NCBI GenBank assembly: GCA_041665085.1
Contig: JBAYJO010000002.1
Coordinates: 19,413 to 83,412, forward strand
DNA from: Patescibacteria group bacterium
Lineage (GTDB): Bacteria; Patescibacteriota; UBA1384; JBAYJO01
Reading direction: 5' to 3'
DNA: 64,000 nucleotides
Below, piece after piece: positions 1-9,148 of the stretch (positions are counted from its first letter, which is position 1; each line of letters begins with the position of its first letter). A program made the translations under genes and the position numbers. The notes under the pieces were generated by a model, which worked only from the letters and a program-made list of their open reading frames with translations, had not been told where the DNA came from and searched no databases.

Positions 1-40
1 CTTCAGGCTTAATGGCAATAAAAGTTCGCTCTTGATGCAT
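1..40 (-). CDS. ndk: Nucleoside diphosphate kinase, N-terminal fragment (runs off the window)
   Basis: Minus-strand ATG at 40 reads MHQERTFIAIKPE, matching the NDK N-terminus ERTFxxIKPD; preceded by SD-like GAGGT. Confidence 0.8.
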   Translation of the reverse strand, partial: MHQERTFIAIKPE

Positions 41-48
41 GGTTACCT

Positions 49-1314
49 CTATTTTATTAAATTTATAAAATGTTTTTCGTCTTTATATGGTCCGATTAAA
101 GCAATATTAATTTTATTTAAATCAAAAATTTGACGCGCAACATTTTGCACTTCTTCTGCCGTTACTTTCCTGATTTGCCGAGCAAATTCTAATGGCTCTT
201 CTATTTTATCAAAAAATAACTCTTGGCTGCCATAATAATTGGCAACTTCAAGTGATTCTTCCAGAGAAAGATAAAATCGGCCGCAAATATTTTCTTTTGC
301 TTTGTTTAATTCTTTTTCATCGATTTTGTTAGTTTTGATATTTTTAATTTCATCTATAATCAAACTAATTGCTTTATCAATCTTTGTTGGCTCAATTCCT
401 GAAGTTATCACAAAATCTCCGGTATCTTCAAAAAAATCAGTGCTGGAGCGGATGTAATAGCACAATCCGTGCCTTTCTCTGACCGTAATAAATAATCTCG
501 AACTCATAGCGCCGCCTAAAATATTTGACAAAACTGATAGGGCATATTTTCTTGAATCATGTTTTGAAAAAGTTTTAAATCCAAGTAGAATATTAGCTTG
601 ATCTATTTTTCGATAATCAAGCATTATTTTTGGATTTTTTTGGTCGTCTTTAAAAATTTCTGCTTTTGTTAAATCTCCTTTGGGAATTTCTTCCATTTTT
701 TCTTTTAGATTTTCAAGCCAAGCATTATCCTGTTTGCCTGCAACAGCAACAACAATATTTTTTCCAATATAATGTTTTTTAATATAATCAAGAAAATTAT
801 TTTTTTCAAATTTATTTACGGTTTCAATAGTTCCGCCAATATCTCTTCCAAGCGGTGTATCGTCATATAGCAACTCTTGACCCATTGTAGAAACATGCAA
901 TTTTGGATCCTCACGATACATATTTAATTCAGCTGTAATTACACCTTTTTCCCGTTCAATCTCCTTGATGTCAAACAGTGAATTAAAAAGCATATCATTT
1001 AATATATCTAAGCTATGATCAAAATCTTTTGATTGTGATTTGATATAAAATCCTGTTAATTCTTCTCCGGTAAACGCATTGAATTCTGCTCCAAGTTCAT
1101 CAAGGGAAGTTGAGATATCAAGAGTTGTCGGTCTTTTTTTTGTTCCTTTGAAAACCATGTGCTCTAAAAAATGGCTTAAGCCACCAGTCTCTTTTGTTTC
1201 ATATCTTGAACCAACTTTAACTAAAATTAAAACGGAAACAGTATTTGTATCTGTCATTGGTATACTAATAAATCTAATACCATTTTTTAAAATGTGTTTT
1301 TGATGCTTATACAT
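49..1314 (-). CDS. M16 family (pitrilysin-like) zinc peptidase
   Basis: Inverted zincin HFLEH motif, NAFT motif, C-terminal SSRLF..VRERHGLCYY. Confidence 0.92.
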   Translation of the reverse strand: MYKHQKHILKNGIRFISIPMTDTNTVSVLILVKVGSRYETKETGGLSHFLEHMVFKGTKKRPTTLDISTSLDELGAEFNAFTGEELTGFYIKSQSKDFDHSLDILNDMLFNSLFDIKEIEREKGVITAELNMYREDPKLHVSTMGQELLYDDTPLGRDIGGTIETVNKFEKNNFLDYIKKHYIGKNIVVAVAGKQDNAWLENLKEKMEEIPKGDLTKAEIFKDDQKNPKIMLDYRKIDQANILLGFKTFSKHDSRKYALSVLSNILGGAMSSRLFITVRERHGLCYYIRSSTDFFEDTGDFVITSGIEPTKIDKAISLIIDEIKNIKTNKIDEKELNKAKENICGRFYLSLEESLEVANYYGSQELFFDKIEEPLEFARQIRKVTAEEVQNVARQIFDLNKINIALIGPYKDEKHFINLIK

Positions 1315-1419
1315 AGCTTGATCTTACTATTTTATTTAGTTCGAATCAAGGTCAAAAATTTTGCTATTTGATTTTAATTGTATTAATATTAGATTAGTTA
1401 AATATTATTAGGAGGGGAT

Positions 1420-2427
1420 GTGATCAATATACCTTTAGACAAAATATTACCAGTTACTTATGCAAGAGACAATCTTGCCAATCTTATTCAAAATACAACT
1501 GGTGAAACAGTTTATGTACTAACAAAAGGCGGACGACCAAGAGTTGCTTTAATTGATATTGTGTATTTAGAAAAACTTTGCGGAGAAAAGCTTGGAACAG
1601 GTAATTTTTCCGGATACACCGAGCCACCGGTAGTAGCGTCAAATAAAAATTCTATTTCAGAAGAAAAACCATTCAAAGCAATAGAAACCGTTTTGCCTCA
1701 AAAATCAAGTGAGCCAACAGTAAAACCAATCTCGGCGTCGACTCCGGTTTCAACTTTTTCACCTCCTGCAACTCCTAATTTATCATCATCAAGTAGCTTT
1801 TCTACGCCTTCGGCAGCTCCAGTAATAAATAATGACACAAACTCTACTATTCCTGAAGTAAAAACCGAAGATCCAAAAAAAGTGGAAAATTCTTCAGAAG
1901 AAAAATCTCCAACAGACAATAAATCAGTTGCAAGCGATGATGTACCTTTTGTAAATTTCTCGGCTTCAGGAACTCCAACAGATGAGAAAAAAGAATCACA
2001 AGAGCCAAAACTCCCTTCAGCAGATGAAATAGTAAGTAAAACTTTTCCAAATACCGCAACTACGCCAAATACAACGCCTGCTCCTTCGATTCCGTCAGCT
2101 GATGCAACAAAACCAGCTGCTCCAATTTCAAGCAATTATTCAAGTCAGTCTACTTCCGGATCGGTATTTGCATCAAAAACTCCGCCTGCTAATCCAGAAA
2201 CTTCTACTCCGACTCCTACTCCAACTTCAGGAATTAGCAGCGTTTTTGCAACAAATACAAACAATCAGCCAAAAAAAGCAGAAGGCACAACTATTCCAAT
2301 TAATAGTTCGAAACCAAATCAGGTTCCAGCACCAAGCAGCAATCTTCCCTCAAATGACAATACTGCTCAAAAACAAATATTAGGACAAAATAACACCACA
2401 AGTGTTGCCGATATGGACATTGGATAA
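1420..2427 (+). CDS. Protein with N-terminal Phd/YefM antitoxin-like domain and long Ser/Thr/Pro-rich disordered tail
   Basis: N-terminus ILPVTYARDNLANLI..VYVLTKGGRPRVALI fits the Phd/YefM pattern; GTG start after AGGAGGGG. Confidence 0.65.
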   Translation: MINIPLDKILPVTYARDNLANLIQNTTGETVYVLTKGGRPRVALIDIVYLEKLCGEKLGTGNFSGYTEPPVVASNKNSISEEKPFKAIETVLPQKSSEPTVKPISASTPVSTFSPPATPNLSSSSSFSTPSAAPVINNDTNSTIPEVKTEDPKKVENSSEEKSPTDNKSVASDDVPFVNFSASGTPTDEKKESQEPKLPSADEIVSKTFPNTATTPNTTPAPSIPSADATKPAAPISSNYSSQSTSGSVFASKTPPANPETSTPTPTPTSGISSVFATNTNNQPKKAEGTTIPINSSKPNQVPAPSSNLPSNDNTAQKQILGQNNTTSVADMDIG

Positions 2428-2434
2428 TCTATTT

Positions 2435-3220
2435 CTAAATAAGAACTGCAATAATCAATAGCGCGAAAATTATTCTATAAATTAAAAATACTAAGAAATT
2501 ATTCTTTTTAATAAAATTCATCAGTAGCGCAATCGCAATATATCCGGAAATAAAAGAACTTAAAAGCCCGGCAAGAAAAAAAGAATTAAATTGATTTTCT
2601 ATTTGACCAATATGTGTGATCGCAGCACCTAATATAATTGGGGCTGATAAAAGAAAGGAAAATTTAACAGCACTTTCTCGATCAAGTTTGGCTAATCTGC
2701 CGGCTGAAATTGTAATACCCGATCTTGAACTGCCGGGAATCACGGCAACAATTTGGCATATCCCAATAAAAATCGCATCTTGAAATCTGATTTTTCCCAT
2801 ATTTTTAGAATTCTTACTATATATATCTGAAAAATACAAAATTAAACCAAATATTATCAAGGTTATAGCGATAATTGTTGGGCTGCGAAACACAGATTCA
2901 GCTTTAGATTCTAAAAAATACGCTCCTATAGCACTTGGAATAGAAGCCAGCACAATTAACCATGAAAGTTTTTCATCTGAAGAATTAATTTTTAATTTAA
3001 AAATGCTATTAAAAAAAGATTTAGCCAATTTTACCCATTCCTTCCAAAAAAATAACAGCAGAGCAAGTAAAGTTCCAATATGCAAAGCAATGTCAAAAGA
3101 CAGACCTAATTCTTTCCAATTAAAAAATTTGGGAATTATAACCAAATGGGCGGATGAAGAAATCGGCAAAAATTCGGTTAAACCTTGTACAATTCCTAAA
3201 ATTATTGAATGAACTAACAT
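2435..3220 (-). CDS. uppP: Undecaprenyl-diphosphate phosphatase (BacA/UppP)
   Basis: QGLTEFLPISSSAH and PGSSRSGITI signature motifs. Confidence 0.95.
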   Translation of the reverse strand: MLVHSIILGIVQGLTEFLPISSSAHLVIIPKFFNWKELGLSFDIALHIGTLLALLLFFWKEWVKLAKSFFNSIFKLKINSSDEKLSWLIVLASIPSAIGAYFLESKAESVFRSPTIIAITLIIFGLILYFSDIYSKNSKNMGKIRFQDAIFIGICQIVAVIPGSSRSGITISAGRLAKLDRESAVKFSFLLSAPIILGAAITHIGQIENQFNSFFLAGLLSSFISGYIAIALLMNFIKKNNFLVFLIYRIIFALLIIAVLI

Positions 3221-3810
3221 TATGCCAACCTTAATTTACGAGCCAAATTTATAATTGGCCTAGCAATATATTTTTCAAATGGTTTTTTAACAAGCCACAT
3301 AACAAAAGCTACCATGAAGCCAACAACAACTCCGCCCAGAATATCGGAAGGGTAATGTAGACCGGTTGCGATTCTGGCAAGTGAAACCAAAATTGCAGCA
3401 ATAAGAGTAAGATTGGCTAATTTATATTGTTTTAAAAAATAGAGCATAAAAGTTACAGCAAAAATCAGTGAGGCATGATCCGAAGGAAAAGACTGGTCCG
3501 GGCGGTGAAAAACAAGCTCATTAACAGAGATCAATCCGTTTTCAAAAGGTCTGGCTCTAAAAATGAATTGCTTTACTATTCCGGCAATAACCTGCCAGCC
3601 AATAATCCCAGCAAATAGAACATCAAGAGCAACAATTTTATTTTTATCATTGTCATCTTTTCTAAACCAAAGACAAAGCAAAATCAAAGGAACTAAATAA
3701 ATTGTTGCAAGCGCAAAAATCTGACTAATAAATTCAGCTATGGGGTGAGAAATTGCAAATTTATATAAAAAATCCAAAATATTTCGATCAAAAGATTGTA
3801 TCTGTTCCAT
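3220..3810 (-). CDS. PAP2 family phosphatase (BcrC-like)
   Basis: K..FRARP, SFPSDH and ARIATGLHYPSDI motifs. Confidence 0.9.
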   Translation of the reverse strand: MEQIQSFDRNILDFLYKFAISHPIAEFISQIFALATIYLVPLILLCLWFRKDDNDKNKIVALDVLFAGIIGWQVIAGIVKQFIFRARPFENGLISVNELVFHRPDQSFPSDHASLIFAVTFMLYFLKQYKLANLTLIAAILVSLARIATGLHYPSDILGGVVVGFMVAFVMWLVKKPFEKYIARPIINLARKLRLA

Positions 3811-3887
3811 GTGATTATTATAAATGTTTTATATTCATCCGTAAATGTCGTACAATAATATTAATGCAATAAATTATAAATGCTCAA

Positions 3888-3963
3888 TGTTGTTAAAAAT
3901 TACTTAGCACCGGCGGACCTACATGCCTGCCTCGCCGGCAGGCGGGCGTAATTTTCAACAACA
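3888..3963. repeat. Small inverted-repeat element (16-bp IR, 1 mismatch) enclosing a GC-rich palindrome
   Basis: TGTTGTTAAAAATTAC (3888-3903) / GTAATTTTCAACAACA (3948-3963); inner GCCTGCC..GGCAGGC palindrome. Confidence 0.7.
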
Positions 3964-4005
3964 CCTCACACGATTTGTATTATTATAACTTAAAGGTATT
4001 TTATT

Positions 4006-4926
4006 ATGGATCAATATGTAGACAATTTTATTCAATATTTGGAAATAGAGAAAAATGTTTCTTTGCAAACTTTGAGAAACTATTCACATTATTTAAATCG
4101 TTTTCTTACGTGGTGTGAAAATGAAAATATTAATGCTCCAAAAGACATCACAAATGATACTATTTCAAAATATAGATTATTTTTAAATCGATTTGAAAAT
4201 AATAAAGCTGAAAAATTATCAATCAAAACACAAAATTATCATATGATTGCATTAAGATCTTTGATTAAATTTTTGCATATTCGTGATATTGAGACTATTC
4301 CGGCTGAAAAAATCAGTTTGTCAAAACAAAAAGATCGGGAAATTAGTTTTCTTGATCCTGATGAAGTTGAAAGATTGATGCAAGCATGTAATTTGGACAA
4401 AAAAAATGGTTTTCGAGACCGAGCAATTCTTGAAATGTTATATTCAACCGGCCTTAGAGTAAGTGAGCTGGTTAATTTAGATCGAGAAAAAATTAATCTT
4501 GAAAGAAAAGAAGCCAGCATATTGGGAAAAGGAGGAAAATCAAGGGTAGTATTTTTTTCTGATGAAGCAATTAAATGGACCTTTAGATATTTAAAAACGC
4601 GAGCTGATAAATTCCCTCCCCTATTTATCCACACAGCAAAAAATCAAAACACAGATGAGAAAAATTGCCGATTAACCACAAGATCCATTCAAAGAATTCT
4701 GCATAAATACGCTCTTAAAGCAGGAATCACAAAAATAGTAACCCCGCATGTCCTGCGCCATACTTTTGCTACCGATCTTTTATTTAATGGAGCTGATTTG
4801 AGATCTGTTCAAGAGATGTTGGGACACAGTTCTGTAAATACAACTCAAATGTATACTCATGTTACAAATTCTCAACTCAAAGAAGTTCATGACGCATTTC
4901 ACAATCGAACCAGAAAAAAAGATTAA
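4006..4926 (+). CDS. XerC/XerD-family tyrosine recombinase
   Basis: N-terminal SAM-like domain; TGLRVSEL, GKGGK, HVLRHTFAT, LGHSS..TTQMY catalytic residues. Confidence 0.93.
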   Translation: MDQYVDNFIQYLEIEKNVSLQTLRNYSHYLNRFLTWCENENINAPKDITNDTISKYRLFLNRFENNKAEKLSIKTQNYHMIALRSLIKFLHIRDIETIPAEKISLSKQKDREISFLDPDEVERLMQACNLDKKNGFRDRAILEMLYSTGLRVSELVNLDREKINLERKEASILGKGGKSRVVFFSDEAIKWTFRYLKTRADKFPPLFIHTAKNQNTDEKNCRLTTRSIQRILHKYALKAGITKIVTPHVLRHTFATDLLFNGADLRSVQEMLGHSSVNTTQMYTHVTNSQLKEVHDAFHNRTRKKD

Positions 4927-5369
4927 ATTTCAGTTGGCGGTTCGTTTTCTTGACCATTATCACCTTGATCTCTTTGTTTTAATTTATTGATTACAGCAGT
5001 TGCATCTTCATACGCTTTTGATTTACCTTCAGGGGTAATTCTTGAAAATGTTCCCGGAGCCGGCTCTTCAACTTGTGATTCTTTAATTAAAGACTGAAAA
5101 TTTTCTGTATCATCAAGAGGTTCTGCTAAAGACATATCATCAGGATTATATTCTTTAGCTGAATCAATCTCGTCTGTATCAAATAATTCACCATTTTTAG
5201 CATCCGCTATTTGTTTTTTTTGATATCTTCGTTGTTTTCTTTTGAGGAATTCCGGATCATTTCGCATTATTGATTCAAAATTTGCTTTGTTATCAATTAA
5301 ATCAACCGGCGGCATCTCTTCATCGCTATAATCTCTTTCCGGTCCTACTTCGAAATCTTCTCTTGACAT
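4923..5369 (-). CDS. Hypothetical acidic protein
   Basis: 148-aa ORF with GGAG SD upstream; no recognisable motif. Confidence 0.6.
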   Translation of the reverse strand: MSREDFEVGPERDYSDEEMPPVDLIDNKANFESIMRNDPEFLKRKQRRYQKKQIADAKNGELFDTDEIDSAKEYNPDDMSLAEPLDDTENFQSLIKESQVEEPAPGTFSRITPEGKSKAYEDATAVINKLKQRDQGDNGQENEPPTEI

Positions 5370-5548
5370 AATAACTCCTATTTGACATTAAATTATTTTT
5401 TTGAACTATTTTTTATTACATTAATATTTTTAATTAAAATCATATTTAAAGCAAATTACTTCAAGTGTCTTTTTACTATATAAAAAATTATCCACTAGAG
5501 CGCTTGTGGTACTTAGGACTATAATTCAGATGGAAGGGGGCGATCGTT

Positions 5549-5971
5549 TTGACTGCTGATACACTGGTGGGAGAATCAACCACCTATTCAAGTCAGGATC
5601 TATTCAAAACCGTCAGTGCAATCATACAAGACTCGGAAAGAGCACCTAAAGAAGCGGTTGAGACCGTTAAGGATGTTCTGAATCGAGCGTTGTCATACAT
5701 CAGATCGGTTCAAAGTGGCCACTACCCCAAAGATCCAATGGGTAGCTGGATCACAGATACGCTAGTCAGATCCAGCACAGGATACCGGGGCGATCATATT
5801 GATCGGTGCGTCCGAGAACTCGAACTAGAACGTGGAGACAAGGTGTTTGGCTACTCCACAGCTGCGAGTTTCATGACCATTCTGGCAAATGAGGCAAATC
5901 CTGATCATGAAGGCTGCCAGATGCTTCATGAAATACTGATGCCGCTTGTGGTGTATGCAAGCAACCAATGA
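5549..5971 (+). CDS. Hypothetical protein, GC-rich solo gene
   Basis: 140-aa ORF, TTG start after GGAAGGGGG; 33/60 G+C in 5761-5820 against AT-rich flanks. Confidence 0.6.
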   Translation: MTADTLVGESTTYSSQDLFKTVSAIIQDSERAPKEAVETVKDVLNRALSYIRSVQSGHYPKDPMGSWITDTLVRSSTGYRGDHIDRCVRELELERGDKVFGYSTAASFMTILANEANPDHEGCQMLHEILMPLVVYASNQ

Positions 5972-5982
5972 ACCTCGACTTT

Positions 5983-6008
5983 GCCCCTCAATCAGCGGAT
6001 TGAGGGGC
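5983..6008. terminator. GC-rich hairpin (11-bp stem) after the solo gene; terminator or cassette boundary
   Basis: GCCCCTCAATC-AGCG-GATTGAGGGGC; no immediate U-tract. Confidence 0.55.
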
Positions 6009-6082
6009 GCGCTTTAAGTAAAATCTTGATTTTTTATCAATTTTAGAATAAGATGAATTGAAATTATTTAAATATTAAATTT

Positions 6083-7183
6083 ATGAAAATAGGAATTGTC
6101 GGACTACCGAATGTGGGCAAATCAACATTATTTAATGCATTAGTATCTGCTTCTCAAGCAGAAGCTTCAAATTATCCTTTTTGTACTATTGATCCAAATA
6201 TAGGCATTGTAAATGTGCCGGACGTTAGGCTTGAAAAATTAACCAATATTTCAAAAAGTGCGAAAACCATTCCGGCAATTGTTGAATTTGTTGATGTGGC
6301 CGGACTTGTTGCCGGAGCTCACAAGGGTGAGGGTCTTGGCAATCAATTTTTATCACACATTAGAGAATGCGACGCTATCGTTATTGTAACGAGGTTTTTT
6401 GAAGACGGAAATATTATTCATGTTAATGGTAAAACCAATCCGGAAGAAGACGGTAAAATTATTAATTTAGAGCTAATTCTTTCTGATCTATCGATAGTGG
6501 AAAAAAGATTGGAATCGCTTCAAAAAGACATTAAACAAAACGATCTAAAAGCAAGATTAGCTTGCGGGGCGCTCGAAAAAATTAAAAATACGCTTGAAAA
6601 TGAAAAACCAGCTCAAAGTGTCATTTTAGATATTAAAGAACAAGAATCCATTAAAGAAATTAATTTAATTACTTTAAAACCAGCAATTTATATTGCAAAT
6701 GTTTCGGAATCCGATGCCGGACTTGAAAAAAATGAACTACTGGAAAAATACAAGGCAACAGAATATTTTAACAGCAAAAATTTAATTATTGTGTCAGCAA
6801 AAATTGAATCCGATCTAAACAATTTAGAAGAAACTGAAAAAAAAGAATATCTGGAATCAATTGGGCTTAAAGAATCCGGTCTTGTAAGACTAATTAAAGA
6901 AGCATATTCAGCGCTTGGACTTATTACCTATTTTACAACAGGTGAAAAAGAATCAAGAGCTTGGACAATTCATAAAGGATCATCTGCACCTCAAGCAGCA
7001 GGAGTGATTCATACTGATTTTGAGCGCGGTTTTATTGCTGCCGATATTTGTAAATATGACGACTTTATTAATTCAAACGGTTGGCAGAATGCAAAAGAAA
7101 AAGGACTGGTGAAAACTCAAGGTAAAGATTATATTTTTGAAGATGGTGATATCACGATTTTTAAATTTAATGTAAATCGTTAG
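6083..7183 (+). CDS. ychF: Redox-regulated ATPase YchF
   Basis: GLPNVGKST, NYPFCTIDPN, GEGLGNQFL, C-terminal TGS domain; upstream of rpsF. Confidence 0.97.
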   Translation: MKIGIVGLPNVGKSTLFNALVSASQAEASNYPFCTIDPNIGIVNVPDVRLEKLTNISKSAKTIPAIVEFVDVAGLVAGAHKGEGLGNQFLSHIRECDAIVIVTRFFEDGNIIHVNGKTNPEEDGKIINLELILSDLSIVEKRLESLQKDIKQNDLKARLACGALEKIKNTLENEKPAQSVILDIKEQESIKEINLITLKPAIYIANVSESDAGLEKNELLEKYKATEYFNSKNLIIVSAKIESDLNNLEETEKKEYLESIGLKESGLVRLIKEAYSALGLITYFTTGEKESRAWTIHKGSSAPQAAGVIHTDFERGFIAADICKYDDFINSNGWQNAKEKGLVKTQGKDYIFEDGDITIFKFNVNR

Positions 7184-7191
7184 CTTGGGGG

Positions 7192-7220
7192 TTGTAAAAG
7201 AGTTAATCTTGTGTTAATAT
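7192..7220 (+). promoter_or_regulatory. Putative sigma70 promoter of rpsF-ssb-rpsR
   Basis: TTGTAA-N17-TAATAT with TG extended -10. Confidence 0.55.
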
Positions 7221-7240
7221 TTAGTAAATAACAAATAGAA

Positions 7241-7293
7241 AATCTACCCAATTCGACCATTGCACGCGAGAAGGAACTTGCTGCAGGTAGATT
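7241..7293 (+). promoter_or_regulatory. Structured leader upstream of rpsF (candidate S6:S18 autoregulatory RNA)
   Basis: AATCTACC/GGTAGATT outer stem with inner TGCA/TGCA and GCGAG/CTTGC pairing, abutting the AGAAAGGA SD. Confidence 0.5.
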
Positions 7294-7308
7294 AGAAAGG
7301 AATAAATA

Positions 7309-7881
7309 ATGAACTTATACGAAGTTACTTATATTTCTACTGAAGAAAAAGGTAACGACATTGCCAAAGCTATTTTTGATAGCTTTGATGCGGAAATTAC
7401 AAATCATCAAGATTTAGGAAAGAGAAAATTAGCTTACAAAATAAACAAAGAAACACAAGCTAATTATTTTTGCGATTTAATTAAAATTGATGGGGAAAAT
7501 GTTGGAAAACTTGAAAAAAAATTAAACCAAAACGATAAAATCTTAAGAGCTTTAATACTAAGAAAATCGGAAACAACCGTTGAAAATGTTTTACCTTCGA
7601 TAGAAGTAAAATCAACTGAAATCATTAAAGAAAATAAAGAAACAGAAATCATTCCAATAAAAGAAGTGAAAAAAGAAGAAACCAAGAAAACTGAAGCAGA
7701 AGAAAAAGTAGAAAAAGTCTTAGAAAAGGGAAATAAAAAAACAGTTGCAAAAGAAGAGAAAAAGGCAGAAACTGTAGACGAAGCTAAAGAGAAAAAAGAC
7801 AAAGTTAAAAAAGAAGCAGAAGAAGAAAAAGAACGACTTGAAAAGCTAGAAGAGAAATTAGACCAATTATTAAAGGATTAA
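7309..7881 (+). CDS. rpsF: 30S ribosomal protein S6 with long Lys/Glu-rich C-terminal extension
   Basis: MNLYE, LGKRKLAYKINK, ILRALI; conserved synteny with ssb and rpsR. Confidence 0.92.
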   Translation: MNLYEVTYISTEEKGNDIAKAIFDSFDAEITNHQDLGKRKLAYKINKETQANYFCDLIKIDGENVGKLEKKLNQNDKILRALILRKSETTVENVLPSIEVKSTEIIKENKETEIIPIKEVKKEETKKTEAEEKVEKVLEKGNKKTVAKEEKKAETVDEAKEKKDKVKKEAEEEKERLEKLEEKLDQLLKD

Positions 7882-7910
7882 CCTGAAATAATCAGGAGGA
7901 AAGGAACAAA

Positions 7911-8363
7911 ATGTTAAGTGTAAATCGCGCCACAATCTTAGGAAATTTAACACGAGATCCAGAACTTAGGTCTACTCCAACTGGAAGAAATGTCTGTTCA
8001 TTTTCAATTGCAACAAATAGACGCTGGTCAGGAGATGACGGCGCGCAACAAGAAGCTGTTGAATATCATGATATTGTTGCTTGGGGCAAACTAGCTGAAA
8101 TGGTAAATTCAATGCTTAAAAAAGGAAAACCGGTTTATGTGGAAGGAAGACTCCAAACCAGATCATGGGATGGACAAGATGGAATCAAAAGATACAAAAC
8201 CGAAATTGTTGCAGATTTCATTAGCGCACTTGGCGGCCGAGAAGATATGAGCGGCGCAAGCAGTTTCCCATCAGCTAGTATTAAAGAAGAAAAAACAACA
8301 ACAAAAAATAAAAAAGATGAACCAAGCGAAGAAACAATCGATCTTGATTCAATACCATTTTAA
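7911..8363 (+). CDS. ssb: Single-stranded DNA-binding protein
   Basis: GNLTRDPELR, VYVEGRLQTRSW, C-terminal DSIPF. Confidence 0.97.
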   Translation: MLSVNRATILGNLTRDPELRSTPTGRNVCSFSIATNRRWSGDDGAQQEAVEYHDIVAWGKLAEMVNSMLKKGKPVYVEGRLQTRSWDGQDGIKRYKTEIVADFISALGGREDMSGASSFPSASIKEEKTTTKNKKDEPSEETIDLDSIPF

Positions 8364-8374
8364 GGAAAAGAAAA

Positions 8375-8584
8375 ATGAGAACAAAAAAAGAATGCATGTT
8401 TTGCAAAAGAAAAATTAATGAAGTTGACTACAAAGACGCCGGGATTTTGCAGAAGTTTATGAATCCTTGGGGTAAAATAAAACCAGCAACAGATACCGGA
8501 CTTTGCGCCAGACATCAAAGAAGATTAGCAGAAGCTGTCAAACGAGCTCGCTTTTTAGCTATTATTCCTTATAGTTCGAGATAA
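8375..8584 (+). CDS. rpsR: 30S ribosomal protein S18 (Zn-binding form)
   Basis: CMFC..DYKD..GKI..TGLCARHQR..AVKRAR. Confidence 0.96.
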   Translation: MRTKKECMFCKRKINEVDYKDAGILQKFMNPWGKIKPATDTGLCARHQRRLAEAVKRARFLAIIPYSSR

Positions 8585-8611
8585 ATTTCAAAATTTATAA
8601 TTTAACTGTTT

Positions 8612-9148
8612 ATGTCTTTTGTAAAAATTGATAATTCGATATTTGAAATCTTAAAAAAAGATCACATTAAAATGGGTCGTGGTTCTGGAATTGATAGAAT
8701 TAGCATTAAAAATCTTGAAACAGGCGCGATAATGGAAAGAACCTACAAAAGCAATCAAGATGTAGAAGAAGTCGATCTCGATCGAAAAAAGATCCAATTT
8801 TTATATAAGGAAAATGATAAATTTTTCTTTATGGACAATGAATCTTTTGAACAATATGAGCTAGATTTGAAAATAATCGGTAATTTCAGCAATTTTCTAA
8901 AAGAAGGCGACGAAATTGATGCTTTATTTTATAATAATCGCATTTTAACTGTCCAGACTCCACTTAAAGTAAAACTTAAAGTTGTTTCAGCTGAACCCGC
9001 AACAAAAGGAAACAGCGTAGACTCTCCAACCAAAACAGTTGAATTTGAAACCGGATTCAGAACTCAAGTTCCATTGTTTATTAAAGAAGGAGACATGATA
9101 ATTGTAAATACCGAATCTGGAAAATATGTTGAAAGGGCCAAAGAATGA
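8612..9148 (+). CDS. efp: Elongation factor P (Arg-tipped MGRG loop)
   Basis: QFLY..FFFMDNESFEQ, ETG..QVPLFIKEGD..VNTESGKYVER. Confidence 0.9.
   Translation: MSFVKIDNSIFEILKKDHIKMGRGSGIDRISIKNLETGAIMERTYKSNQDVEEVDLDRKKIQFLYKENDKFFFMDNESFEQYELDLKIIGNFSNFLKEGDEIDALFYNNRILTVQTPLKVKLKVVSAEPATKGNSVDSPTKTVEFETGFRTQVPLFIKEGDMIIVNTESGKYVERAKE

Noticed and set aside
3904-3910. TTAGCAC as a CIRCE element
   Set aside because: Only a partial half-site with no GAGTGCTAA partner, and not upstream of a chaperone gene.
4006-4926. Prophage or ICE integrase
   Set aside because: Size and motifs fit a chromosomal Xer recombinase; flanked by housekeeping genes with no phage or conjugation genes.
5501-5952. 10-bp direct repeat CGCTTGTGGT at 5501 and 5943 as a target-site duplication
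   Set aside because: The second copy is inside the ORF and does not bound the GC-rich segment; compatible with chance.
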